IMG/VR virus record: IMGVR_UViG_3300033153_013152
Coordinates: 32,001-96,000 of that record
Direction: 5' to 3' (one strand)
Length of the DNA stretch: 64,000 nucleotides
Origin: a virus
This document shows, in pieces, positions 1-9,656 of this stretch. The number at the start of each line of letters is the position of its first letter. Position 1 is the first letter of the stretch. The notes under the pieces are model-generated. The model was not told the origin of the DNA, searched no databases, and was given only the letters and a program-made list of their open reading frames with translations. The position numbers and the translations under genes were made by a program.

Positions 1-36
1 TTAATTTTATTGTTTAATCTTTTATTTATACTTTCT

Positions 37-480
37 TCATACATATTTTTTTACCTCAAACAAAAGATTTGTGCCAAATGTCCAATATTTAAAAAAATAT
101 TTATTTTCTAACCATGTTGCAACCATTTCACAATCAGGAAGATTTTTAATCAAAATCATTCCTTTGTGATCACAACAACTAATCAAACGATTAATTACTA
201 CCAATGGTTCATTTCCAAATAAATATCTATCATATTCGCATACAATTTTATCATACGCCCCTTCATCTAAACCATCAATTGAATCTACAAATTTAACATC
301 TAAAAATTCTTTTTGCAAAGAATGTCTCAAATTGTTATTTAATTCGGCCACAACAATTCCTGAAACTGAATTGCAAATCCAAGGAATCACATCATTGCTT
401 CTTTCGTTACCAACATAACAAAAGAAATCAGTTGTCTTTAGATTCACTTGATTAGAAATTGTTTCGTGCATTACTGACAT
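37..480 (-). CDS. hypothetical protein (possibly degenerate methyltransferase-like fold)
   Basis: 147-aa ORF tightly packed with neighbours; GGAG upstream; no firm motif. Confidence 0.6.
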   Translation of the reverse strand: MSVMHETISNQVNLKTTDFFCYVGNERSNDVIPWICNSVSGIVVAELNNNLRHSLQKEFLDVKFVDSIDGLDEGAYDKIVCEYDRYLFGNEPLVVINRLISCCDHKGMILIKNLPDCEMVATWLENKYFFKYWTFGTNLLFEVKKYV

Positions 481-489
481 TTATTTCTC

Positions 490-903
490 CTAATATTCTG
501 AACTACATTCTATAACCAAAAAATCAATATCCTTCAAATCAATATCTACATTATAATACTTTTTGATTCTATTTTGCAACTCTTTTTTAATTTCTGATAC
601 AATCATATCTTTTTTCAAAAAAGATTCTGCATTAAACCCTATAATTCTATTTTCCATTCCAAAAGTACAAATTTCACTTTTATTTGGAGCTTTATAAACA
701 CCATATCCATTTTCTACAAAATTTTTTCCTCCACCATAATATTCATATTCCAATCTTTCATCAAATTCTTTTGGAATTTCTAAAACTTTAGCTAATTTTT
801 TCCAACTATTATTTTCATTTGGATAATTTTCATATCTATTTACACCAACAACAACATAAGAACTACTTGAACTATTTGATACGAAACCTGCTCTTACCTT
901 CAT
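490..903 (-). CDS. uncharacterised phage protein, N-terminal GFVSNSSSSS family
   Basis: MKVRAGFVSNSSSSSYVV; paralog at 3358..3738. Confidence 0.8.
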   Translation of the reverse strand: MKVRAGFVSNSSSSSYVVVGVNRYENYPNENNSWKKLAKVLEIPKEFDERLEYEYYGGGKNFVENGYGVYKAPNKSEICTFGMENRIIGFNAESFLKKDMIVSEIKKELQNRIKKYYNVDIDLKDIDFLVIECSSEY

Positions 904-904
904 T

Positions 905-1996
905 TTATATCTCCTTCATCAACTTTCTATCTGCACCAGTTGATACATATTTAACCTTGACATTAACATAATCTTGAACCATTTGCAACAAAAAATCAAT
1001 ATCAGGTTTTATAGTAACATACTGTGGAACACATCTATCATATTGATATTTCATATATGGAATAGTATTCAAAAATTTATCATTTAATTTATAAAAAGTG
1101 CATACTTTTATTGAATCTAAATCTTGAATTACATCAAATTTAGTTAAAGCTAAACTAGTACAACCATTAATTCTAATTGCATAATTCAATGCAGGTAAAT
1201 CTAACCATCCAACCTTTCTTCTTCTTCCTGTTGTTGCACCAAATTCATCACCAATCCTTACAATATGATCATCATATTTTTCATCTTCAATTAAAGTTGG
1301 AAATGGACCTACGCCAACTTTTGTAAGATATGGTTTAAAAACACCAACAACCTCACGAACTTTAGTTGGACCTATTCCTGCAGAAGAGCAGGCTGCACCA
1401 GCTACATTTGTTGTTGTAGAAATATTTGGATATGTAGTTCCATGATCAATATCCAAAAGAGTACCTTGTGCTCCTTCAAAAATAATAGTTTTTCCTTCGT
1501 CATTTAATTTATTAATTTCATATGGAACATCACAATAATAAGATTCAAAATCTTTTAGAGATTCTATTCTTATTCCTTTCCTCCCATATTTGTCAGAAGA
1601 ACATGGTGACATTCCTCTCTTAGTTGAACCGACGCCATTTTCTGTATTTTCTGCAACACAATCTCTTTCTACATGATTGTTTGTTATTACATGACAATCT
1701 GGAGATATTTTCAAATTATTACTTACATCATAACCACAACTTTTAATTTCCTCTATTTCTTTAGCCAAACTCTCTGCACTAATTAAAACTGATGATGCCA
1801 AATATGATTTTTTATTTGATAAAATACCTGCTGGTATAAGATGTAATTTGAATTTATCATTTCTAATTACAACTGTATGGCCTGCATTTGGACCACCTGA
1901 AAATCTTACACATGCATCAGCTTTTTGCATGAGATAATCAACTATTTTTGCTTTGCCTTCGTCTCCAGATTGAAGACCAACAACTATTTTAATCAT
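905..1996 (-). CDS. purA: adenylosuccinate synthetase
   Basis: GDEGKAK P-loop, GGPNAGHT, FEGAQG, EFGATTGRRRKVGWLD, TKFDV; ATG 1996 preferred over upstream ATG 2014. Confidence 0.95.
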   Translation of the reverse strand: MIKIVVGLQSGDEGKAKIVDYLMQKADACVRFSGGPNAGHTVVIRNDKFKLHLIPAGILSNKKSYLASSVLISAESLAKEIEEIKSCGYDVSNNLKISPDCHVITNNHVERDCVAENTENGVGSTKRGMSPCSSDKYGRKGIRIESLKDFESYYCDVPYEINKLNDEGKTIIFEGAQGTLLDIDHGTTYPNISTTTNVAGAACSSAGIGPTKVREVVGVFKPYLTKVGVGPFPTLIEDEKYDDHIVRIGDEFGATTGRRRKVGWLDLPALNYAIRINGCTSLALTKFDVIQDLDSIKVCTFYKLNDKFLNTIPYMKYQYDRCVPQYVTIKPDIDFLLQMVQDYVNVKVKYVSTGADRKLMKEI

Positions 1997-3140
1997 TTTC
2001 TTTTCCTTGGACAATCCTATATGCTTCTTGTCTACCTTTACCTTCCCTTATTAGTTCCAATAATTTACCTTGAGAATCTGAATATTTTTCTAAATTTTTA
2101 TTTATATTATCAAAATTAAATTCTATATTTTCAAATATGTATATGACACGTTTCAACATAAAATGTAACAAATTGAAAGCATCAGGGAAAATAATTCTTT
2201 CAACTGACGAATGAGATATATCTCTTTGATCCCACAAAGAAATATTTTCCATTGCTGGCTGCACATAACTTCTCATTATTCTTGCCAAACCACTTATATT
2301 CTCACAAAGAATTGGATTTCTCTTGGTTGGCATAGCAGAAGAACCTGTTTGTTTTTTGTCAAATGGTTCATATATTTCTTCAATTCCCGACTGTTGATGA
2401 AGTCTAATTTGAAGAACCATCTTTTCTAAACTACTTGCTAATAAAGCCATATTTGCAATTAAACGAGCATATGATTCTCTTGGTACAACTTGAGTTGTTT
2501 CGCAATAACGCAACCCAAGTCTACACAAAATATCAACTTCATTTGAACGAGAAATGTATTTATTATCCCCTACTGCTCCAGAAATTTTTCCACATACAAT
2601 ATCATCACATAAATGATATTCGTGATTTACCATATCTTGTGCAAACACCCTAAACATTCTTTTCAACAAAATTGGTTCAGCATGTTGCCCATGGGTTCTA
2701 CCCATTATCTTTGTGCCATCTACTTTCTTTGGCAATTCATCAAAAAATATCAATCTCAATTTATTATAAGATTTGTGTAATATGTCTAATGAATCTCTAA
2801 TTGCAATTGCATTTCCTGTATCAACAATATCAGAAGATGTTAATCCATAATGAATAAATCTACCATCACTATCAGCTTTAGAAATAAAATTTTCCAATGT
2901 AAATACAAATGCATTTACATCATGATGAATTTCTTTTTCTAATTCTTTAGAATCATGAATTACGAAAGAAACATATCTATCCAACAATTTATCAAAATGA
3001 ATAGACAAATCATTGGAAGGAATAACCTTTTGTTCTTGCAATACATCATTAACTGTTTTTTCTATTTCTATCCAACGTTTATATTTTCCTCTTTCACTCC
3101 AAATTTTCTCCATTTCTGGTGTAGAATACCTTTCAATCAT
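1989..3140 (-). CDS. purB: adenylosuccinate lyase
   Basis: MIERYS N-terminus, HYGLTSSD, GRTHGQHAEP, fumarase-superfamily signature GSSAMPTKRNP. Confidence 0.95.
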   Translation of the reverse strand: MIERYSTPEMEKIWSERGKYKRWIEIEKTVNDVLQEQKVIPSNDLSIHFDKLLDRYVSFVIHDSKELEKEIHHDVNAFVFTLENFISKADSDGRFIHYGLTSSDIVDTGNAIAIRDSLDILHKSYNKLRLIFFDELPKKVDGTKIMGRTHGQHAEPILLKRMFRVFAQDMVNHEYHLCDDIVCGKISGAVGDNKYISRSNEVDILCRLGLRYCETTQVVPRESYARLIANMALLASSLEKMVLQIRLHQQSGIEEIYEPFDKKQTGSSAMPTKRNPILCENISGLARIMRSYVQPAMENISLWDQRDISHSSVERIIFPDAFNLLHFMLKRVIYIFENIEFNFDNINKNLEKYSDSQGKLLELIREGKGRQEAYRIVQGKEND

Positions 3141-3321
3141 CTAATTCACCAAAATATTTTTCTATTTTCTTATCCCTTCTTTTACTCAAAAATGAAAACA
3201 ATCCAATTGTAAATGCAATTATACCACCATATACAATCAAAAACCCAACTAAAAATTCTAACATTCCATCAAACATATTATTCACTAAAGTTGTGATATA
3301 TACTTCCTGCAGTCCAACCAA
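3133..3321 (-). CDS. small membrane protein
   Basis: one hydrophobic segment followed by a basic tail; fills the gap and overlaps the purB start (real start may be the internal ATG). Confidence 0.55.
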   Translation of the reverse strand: MVGLQEVYITTLVNNMFDGMLEFLVGFLIVYGGIIAFTIGLFSFLSKRRDKKIEKYFGELDD

Positions 3322-3357
3322 TTACAATTCCTATTAGTGTCCAGAATATGACTTGCA

Positions 3358-3738
3358 TCAATATCCTGCTTCAGAAAAGATTACTTCTACATCATCACTC
3401 TCAATGTCATTTAATCCTCTGTGACACAACATATATTCTTCTGGTTCAGTTTCATCGCAAAAAGAACCAAAGTGAACAATTTTTCCTTCCTCAATTGCTT
3501 TTTTTGGTGCACACCACTCTTTCCAATTCCAATCTCCCTTATTTGGAATTTCTCCACCCCATTTTTGATAATGAGCAATAAGCTCTTCTAGAGTACTAAT
3601 TGACTTATCAACATAATCAGACAAATCAACTTCAATAATAAATTTAACTTTACTATTCATATTGTCGCCTTTGTTCTTTGTAGCAACAACAAAAGAAGAA
3701 GAACTGCTATTACTTACAAAACCATTTCTTGACTTCAT
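3358..3738 (-). CDS. uncharacterised phage protein, N-terminal GFVSNSSSSS family
   Basis: MKSRNGFVSNSSSSSFVV. Confidence 0.8.
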   Translation of the reverse strand: MKSRNGFVSNSSSSSFVVATKNKGDNMNSKVKFIIEVDLSDYVDKSISTLEELIAHYQKWGGEIPNKGDWNWKEWCAPKKAIEEGKIVHFGSFCDETEPEEYMLCHRGLNDIESDDVEVIFSEAGY

Positions 3739-3782
3739 AATATTTCCTATATTGTTTTTTAGTTATAGCACAAGTTTTTGTA

Positions 3783-4466
3783 TCAGTCAATAGCTTCTAC
3801 AAATTCTTTCATCAATGGGAGCGAAATGATCATAGAACAAATACTATTTGGATTATTTGTGTTCCATTCTGAAAGTCTATGATTTCTTCTTTGAAAATAC
3901 ATTGTCAATGCAGTTTCATAATTCATTGAATAAGTTGCTTTTTGAAGAAAACCCGAAGGGAGAAGATTTTTGTATTCTCTACGAATTTTATTTATCATAT
4001 TTGTATCTTTGTGAAATTTCGCATCTCTGAAACTTTCCCCAATCCCATTTAGTTCTTCTAACAATTCATTAGAAATTGGCTGTTCAAAATCATCTTGAGT
4101 CAAATCTCTTAACCCAAGAGTGTGCATTGTTGAACAACTGTTACGTACTGTTGCAACCTTGTACGTATCGAGTTCACTCCATACATATATTGGTATAGTA
4201 ATATCAAACCATACTTGAACATGTCTTAGAAATTTACGATGTTCCGAACCACCCCTTATAAGATTATAAGCTAATTGAAGATCTTTAGGACCAATACATG
4301 GTAATTCTAAACACTCAATTCTTTGTTTGTAAAAATATCTAGGTTCATACACAAATGAATTTACGTGTCCAAATAGACTATCACTTTTATCCCACGAGTT
4401 CATAGGATTTCTTAAACCACGAAAAGCCGCTTTAAACCCATACACTTCTATATTTTCAATTTTCAT
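3783..4466 (-). CDS. ThyX-like (flavin-dependent thymidylate synthase fold) phage protein
   Basis: GLRNPMNSWDKSDS, HRKFLRH, WSELDTYKVATVRNSCSTMH, LLPSGF, YFQRRNHRL; aligns by eye with ThyX blocks but lacks RHRx7S. Confidence 0.65.
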   Translation of the reverse strand: MKIENIEVYGFKAAFRGLRNPMNSWDKSDSLFGHVNSFVYEPRYFYKQRIECLELPCIGPKDLQLAYNLIRGGSEHRKFLRHVQVWFDITIPIYVWSELDTYKVATVRNSCSTMHTLGLRDLTQDDFEQPISNELLEELNGIGESFRDAKFHKDTNMINKIRREYKNLLPSGFLQKATYSMNYETALTMYFQRRNHRLSEWNTNNPNSICSMIISLPLMKEFVEAID

Positions 4467-4916
4467 TTAAAACTCCATATACAACTTTCCTTTGAGTCGA
4501 ATAATACTTATTAAATATCTAACTTCACAAACTCCTTCACCAATAAATGCAACATAACCTTGAATTTGTAATGTACCATTAAATTTATCTTCAGCACAAG
4601 ATAATTCTAAAATTTTATAAGATTCCAAATGACAATCATAATCATTTTTTTCTTGTAAATAATAAAAATATAATTTATTTTCATCCTTTTGAATAACATT
4701 TTCCATATACAAAGAAGTTCCTTCTTCTTGAATATCATAACTTCCATTGGTTTTTTCCATAATATACCATGGAGCCTTAAATGTTTTCCCTTCTTTTTCC
4801 GAATCCCAACTTTGTTCATAAACTTTATCAACTTTATAATATCCAGATTTCAAAATAGAACTATTTCCACACCCAACCAACATCAATAACATCAATAAAA
4901 AACCAAACCATTTCAT
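4467..4916 (-). CDS. putative lipoprotein
   Basis: signal peptide with lipobox LVGC. Confidence 0.7.
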   Translation of the reverse strand: MKWFGFLLMLLMLVGCGNSSILKSGYYKVDKVYEQSWDSEKEGKTFKAPWYIMEKTNGSYDIQEEGTSLYMENVIQKDENKLYFYYLQEKNDYDCHLESYKILELSCAEDKFNGTLQIQGYVAFIGEGVCEVRYLISIIRLKGKLYMEF

Positions 4917-5248
4917 TATACTATAACTCCTCCTCTTATTAAAAGAGCACCATTAAACAAAACAACTAAAATATGAACAATAATCATACCAAAATAAATA
5001 CCTAAAATAAATTTAGTCATTATTATATTCAATAACAACCTCATCAATACTAATGACATAGAACCCAAAACAAACGAACAAATTAATCCAATATTTAAAC
5101 TATAATTTTCAATTAAATAATTTATAAGTGGATTTAATTCATAAAACTTAGAACTAGATAAAGCAATATAAGTTGTAACAATATCACCAAATTTAAATAA
5201 TATTCCAATAATCAAAAAAATATTTAACTTTATCTTATTCATTTCCAT
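4916..5248 (-). CDS. membrane protein, DUF5658-like
   Basis: DIVTTY...ELNPL motif and three hydrophobic helices. Confidence 0.65.
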   Translation of the reverse strand: MEMNKIKLNIFLIIGILFKFGDIVTTYIALSSSKFYELNPLINYLIENYSLNIGLICSFVLGSMSLVLMRLLLNIIMTKFILGIYFGMIIVHILVVLFNGALLIRGGVIV

Positions 5249-5499
5249 TTTATTTTTTCTTCTTCCAGATCAATAACAGAAAAACAACCACGATCACACC
5301 TACATATATAAAATATGTCACCACTTATCTTTTTTTGTTTATAAACATATTTCATATCACTCTTACATGTAGAGGTTTTACAATAATTTTGACACCTTCT
5401 ATTAACATAATTTAGGGCACATCCAGAACTAAAAAGTATTAAAAAAATATATCCTAAAAAAATAACACCATAAAATATATACAAACAATTACCATTCAT
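5239..5499 (-). CDS. small Cys-rich membrane-anchored/secreted protein
   Basis: hydrophobic N-terminus ending in SSGC, then CxxxCxxxxC and CxCxxGC. Confidence 0.6.
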   Translation of the reverse strand: MNGNCLYIFYGVIFLGYIFLILFSSGCALNYVNRRCQNYCKTSTCKSDMKYVYKQKKISGDIFYICRCDRGCFSVIDLEEEKIKWK

Positions 5500-6013
5500 C
5501 TAACCACCTACCTTCTGTTATAATTTTTTGCCATCCAAATCTCTTATAAAAATAATTAAACCATTGTCTTAAAGTTTCTGGAGTTAAAACATTGTATGGC
5601 AAATGCGTCATACCGGAATCATTCAAAACCCTCAAAACAAAATCTACACAAATCATTTTTTGAAAACTATAACTAGGATTTCTTATTTTTGTTTTTAACC
5701 ATTTTTTAACCAATGGAAACCACGAAAACCAATCCCACCACGCAAATTTTTTTCCCAAATGTTTAAGATTTTTTTTGATAGAATCATCTAATCTTTTATC
5801 ATCAATTTCAAATTCTTCAATTATTATATTATCTCTCTTAAATTCTTTTTCTCTAAGAATACACATTGTACGTTCAACATGTAATATTAATGATTCTTCT
5901 AAAAATTCATCATATATTTTAATGTAAGTATGAGATACTTTTGATCTTGTACAAAAACGAATAATTTTAGAAAACCACATATCACTTGTAGAAAATCCTA
6001 CAACGATTTTCAT
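5489..6013 (-). CDS. permuted papain-like (NlpC/P60, YiiX-like) protein
   Basis: His strand SHTYI precedes Cys helix MICVDFV, with C-terminal TP. Confidence 0.65.
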   Translation of the reverse strand: MKIVVGFSTSDMWFSKIIRFCTRSKVSHTYIKIYDEFLEESLILHVERTMCILREKEFKRDNIIIEEFEIDDKRLDDSIKKNLKHLGKKFAWWDWFSWFPLVKKWLKTKIRNPSYSFQKMICVDFVLRVLNDSGMTHLPYNVLTPETLRQWFNYFYKRFGWQKIITEGRWLDEW

Positions 6014-6912
6014 TTCTCATACCTCAAATTTTTAATAATTAAATTTGGAATTGGTTTGCCCAACACCTTATTAATTGGACAACCACTAGCCGATTTATGA
6101 CCACCACCACCATTCAATTCTGCAATTTGTGACACATCAAAATTATCACCTTTAGCTCTAAACGATAATGTTCTTGAACCAACAATAATTGCAAAATCAA
6201 TATCTAAATCAATACTATTACACATTTTATTACCCAATAAACTTTGATGTCTATTGGAATCAATTATACCAATTCTATATTTCTTATCATTGATTCTCTT
6301 GGTAAAGACAGTAACTTGATTTAGTTTCTCTTCAACATACCTATCTCTTTTGCAATCTTCAATTAAAATTATTGCCCTTTCTGTATCACTCAAATCTAAT
6401 GATAAATTTTTGTAGAATCTATCAATGAACAAATCTTGTTCATATGCATGAAACAATGTAGAAATATCTCTTGATTTTGAATTTTCCCAAATCCATCTAT
6501 CAACATCATCAACTACATCAACAAACATTTTTTCATTAATAATGTTAAGTAAATATGAATTTAATTGTAACCATCCCAAAAATATTTTTGAACCACAATT
6601 TTTATTATGCCTATCTATTACTGCCCAAGGATATTTGATTAATTCATTAGCAGACTTGTGATGATCTATCAAAGTAACATCACTTCTTAAGTTGTCTATG
6701 TTATCTGCTACTTGTTTTGATACAGAAATGTCTGCAAATATAATTGGATCTTCCCAATTGTAAATCAAATCCATTGCTATTTCATCTGTTGCATTGTGAG
6801 TAGGAACAGTGAAAACAATGTTTTCTTTTGCTCCTCCTGCACGCATAAATAAAATGGCACAAGCTGCTCCATCCAAACAATTTTTATGAGTAACCAATTT
6901 AGTATTTAACAC
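6010..6912 (-). CDS. DHH/DHHA1 phosphoesterase
   Basis: H..CLDG, ADI, DHH, DVDRW, GGGGHKSASG; GTG start. Confidence 0.9.
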   Translation of the reverse strand: MLNTKLVTHKNCLDGAACAILFMRAGGAKENIVFTVPTHNATDEIAMDLIYNWEDPIIFADISVSKQVADNIDNLRSDVTLIDHHKSANELIKYPWAVIDRHNKNCGSKIFLGWLQLNSYLLNIINEKMFVDVVDDVDRWIWENSKSRDISTLFHAYEQDLFIDRFYKNLSLDLSDTERAIILIEDCKRDRYVEEKLNQVTVFTKRINDKKYRIGIIDSNRHQSLLGNKMCNSIDLDIDFAIIVGSRTLSFRAKGDNFDVSQIAELNGGGGHKSASGCPINKVLGKPIPNLIIKNLRYEK

Positions 6913-6938
6913 GTATGTTCCATCCTTTTTTTCATTAT

Positions 6939-7766
6939 TTATCTTACATAAAGACCCACAATCATTTTCTTTTCATATTCATTACGCAACATTCCTCTTA
7001 TATCTCTACCAAAATAATATGTCACACCCAATCTTGTTTCGTAAAGATTATAACTCTTGTCCATAAGAATTGCACCCATTTGAATACTATACTGTAAAGC
7101 ATCAACATCACCTTCAAATGATAAATCATGTGACATATAAAAATTAAAATCTTGATCCATACGTCTTACTTCGGCCGATATTCCAATAAAATCTTTACCC
7201 ATATAATCAGGAACTATATTAAAACAACGACCATATCTTCCATTAACATCAAATGATACACTAGAACTATCAAGTAGATTTCCAAATGACATACGCAACA
7301 TAAAAAAATCTCTAGAATAAACATGATTAACAACATCAATTCTTTGTTTTGGTGGAGCATCATTAGCACCATCTCCAAGATGCGCCGATATATGACCATA
7401 CTCAAACCTAAATGCTGCTTTTCTTGTTGCAACCGTAAATGGAATACCGAATGAAAAATCTTGTGTAAGAAGTGGAAACTCCCAAACTCTATGACCCAAT
7501 GTTACATTTGTAAAACCATAAAGACCAATTTGCCAAACCCAATCGCCTTTGAACTCGGTATAGACTACAATATCCCTACCTAAACTAGCACCCAAATATC
7601 TGACAAAATCACCTTCCTCTGCAATTGTATGAAATGCAATACTACTATCACTATTAAGAGGATTACCATAAGCTATTCTAAATAATTGTTTTTCATCAAA
7701 AAAAGAACCGGCATTAGAAATTACAGGAAACAAAAGAATAAACAAGAAAATAAGTTTTTTCATCAT
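6939..7766 (-). CDS. DUF1207-like exported/outer-membrane beta-barrel protein
   Basis: signal peptide, alternating beta strands, HISAHLGD and YSRD motifs. Confidence 0.6.
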   Translation of the reverse strand: MMKKLIFLFILLFPVISNAGSFFDEKQLFRIAYGNPLNSDSSIAFHTIAEEGDFVRYLGASLGRDIVVYTEFKGDWVWQIGLYGFTNVTLGHRVWEFPLLTQDFSFGIPFTVATRKAAFRFEYGHISAHLGDGANDAPPKQRIDVVNHVYSRDFFMLRMSFGNLLDSSSVSFDVNGRYGRCFNIVPDYMGKDFIGISAEVRRMDQDFNFYMSHDLSFEGDVDALQYSIQMGAILMDKSYNLYETRLGVTYYFGRDIRGMLRNEYEKKMIVGLYVR

Positions 7767-7798
7767 ACACCTATGATAACATAGATTTCAAATAAAGA

Positions 7799-9655
7799 TC
7801 AAACTATTTCACAACCATTAATTCCACTACATGCATAATTTTCTTTTAGATTAGTTTTGTCTTCTTCTTCTGTTACTTGAGTCAAATCAATATCTTTAAC
7901 GAAACTCATATATTTATCATACATATATTTTGTACATTCTTCAAATGGAGATTGAATATAACTTCCACCATCGTATGGAAGTACACTTAAACCATTATAA
8001 TTGTTACGATTTTTAAACATCCAATCCCTAACCGAATCCCAACACATATCCTTAATTGAAATTGTAGCAGATATGTTATTGGTGTTGTCTCCATTTCTAT
8101 GACCGGCCACCACCCATTCATTATAAAATTTCTTTATCCTTTCCAAAAATGTTATTACTGACTCATCTCTATAAAATGAATTCTTTGGAGCAGCAATTGG
8201 AAAAGTTATAACGGCTTGATTGATTGGATTAAAATAATCATCCTCTACCAAATCTGGTAGATGTTTAGACAAATATACATATATCTCTTCATTCTTCATA
8301 ACTCTAACTCTTCTCAAATAATATGGAGAATGCCAATTATGAATTCCAGAAGAACAACCAAGAACAAGAGATGCTGTTCCACTTGGTTTTATACAAGTTG
8401 TTCTTGAGGCAATATTTATACCAATTAATTTGGCCACTCTTTCATTCTCTTCCCTTACTATTTCTGCAGCTTTTGTTAGATCATATTGCAAAATTTCACC
8501 ACTAGCTATACCAGTCAAACTAACACCAATCAAACAATCCTTTTCAGTTTGTTCTCGCCACTCTTCTCTCAAATAATGAAAATCAGTATAGCCAGCTTGT
8601 AAAGTTGCAATAAAAGCAGCCGCCTTAACTCTTTTATGAAAATCTTTTTCAGACTCCAAATAAGAAACATTTACCTCTGCTAAATTACAAAATTGTTTTT
8701 CACGAAGACTAACTTCAGCACAAGGATTAAAACCTATTTCCATATTATTGCTAAAAATAAATCCTGGTTCTCCACTACCACCATTTCTAATTTTTTGCCA
8801 CAACTCATCAAAATCTTTTCTTTTTATTCTATGTCGTAGCAATACAGCAGAATTATTTGCCATAGCCCTTTGGGGATTATCTTCTTGCCAATTACCATAT
8901 TTACAATGCAACATTTCTTGGTCATCTAACGAAAACAAACTAAGAGCACTTGAACGTCTAATTCCACCAGATAATACTGCATCAGAAATATGACATATTA
9001 AATCATGACATTCTAAAGGACTCAATTTAGAACCAATTGATTTTGAATCTAAAATTGATTTTATACTATGAAGACAATCTTTTAATGGTTGTGGTCCAGG
9101 AGCTTTGCCTCCAGAAGTGTGCAACAAAGATCCCTTTTCCCTAATTAAAGAAAAATCAAATACCGGATCGGATAAATTAAAAAAATATGATTTAAACAAT
9201 ACCTTTACTGCATCTGCCCAACCTTCAATAGTATCTTGAATTAAATGTCTTCTCTTTCTTTCTATTGGCTTTTTAATGTTTGGTAGTTTTTTGACATGAT
9301 GTTGTTGTACAGAAAAACCTACGCCACACCCACAAAGCAACAAAAACATAATCTCTGGGAATGCAAGATAATCATCAATTGGAACATACGAACAATTGAA
9401 CATTCTGCAAGGATTAACTTCTATTGCTCTACCACCAAATTGGAGACTTCTCATTGATGGTAATACTTTTTTATTGTAAACCAATTGATATGCTTTTGAA
9501 ATTTCATCTAACAAATTGGGATATTTTTCCATATGCATAAGCATATTTCTTGCCACAGTTTCATCCCACACTTCTCTCCTTTTTTCGTTTGGCACGAAAC
9601 GGGCATACTTCATAAAAACAATAATATCAGATAGGATTTTTCTTGATAAATCCAT
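7799..9655 (-). CDS. nrdJ: class II (B12-dependent) ribonucleotide reductase, monomeric type
   Basis: LPSMR, MFNCS, GCGVGF, GGIRRS, FNPCAE, FCNL, TTCIKPSGT, C-terminal YACSG..CEI. Confidence 0.92.
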   Translation of the reverse strand: MDLSRKILSDIIVFMKYARFVPNEKRREVWDETVARNMLMHMEKYPNLLDEISKAYQLVYNKKVLPSMRSLQFGGRAIEVNPCRMFNCSYVPIDDYLAFPEIMFLLLCGCGVGFSVQQHHVKKLPNIKKPIERKRRHLIQDTIEGWADAVKVLFKSYFFNLSDPVFDFSLIREKGSLLHTSGGKAPGPQPLKDCLHSIKSILDSKSIGSKLSPLECHDLICHISDAVLSGGIRRSSALSLFSLDDQEMLHCKYGNWQEDNPQRAMANNSAVLLRHRIKRKDFDELWQKIRNGGSGEPGFIFSNNMEIGFNPCAEVSLREKQFCNLAEVNVSYLESEKDFHKRVKAAAFIATLQAGYTDFHYLREEWREQTEKDCLIGVSLTGIASGEILQYDLTKAAEIVREENERVAKLIGINIASRTTCIKPSGTASLVLGCSSGIHNWHSPYYLRRVRVMKNEEIYVYLSKHLPDLVEDDYFNPINQAVITFPIAAPKNSFYRDESVITFLERIKKFYNEWVVAGHRNGDNTNNISATISIKDMCWDSVRDWMFKNRNNYNGLSVLPYDGGSYIQSPFEECTKYMYDKYMSFVKDIDLTQVTEEEDKTNLKENYACSGINGCEIV

Positions 9656-9656
9656 T

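Noticed and set aside
905-1996. PurZ/2-aminoadenine (Z-genome) pathway
   Set aside because: Catalytic Asp (GDEGK) and the ATTGRRR loop are PurA-type; no recognisable DatZ or MazZ is adjacent.
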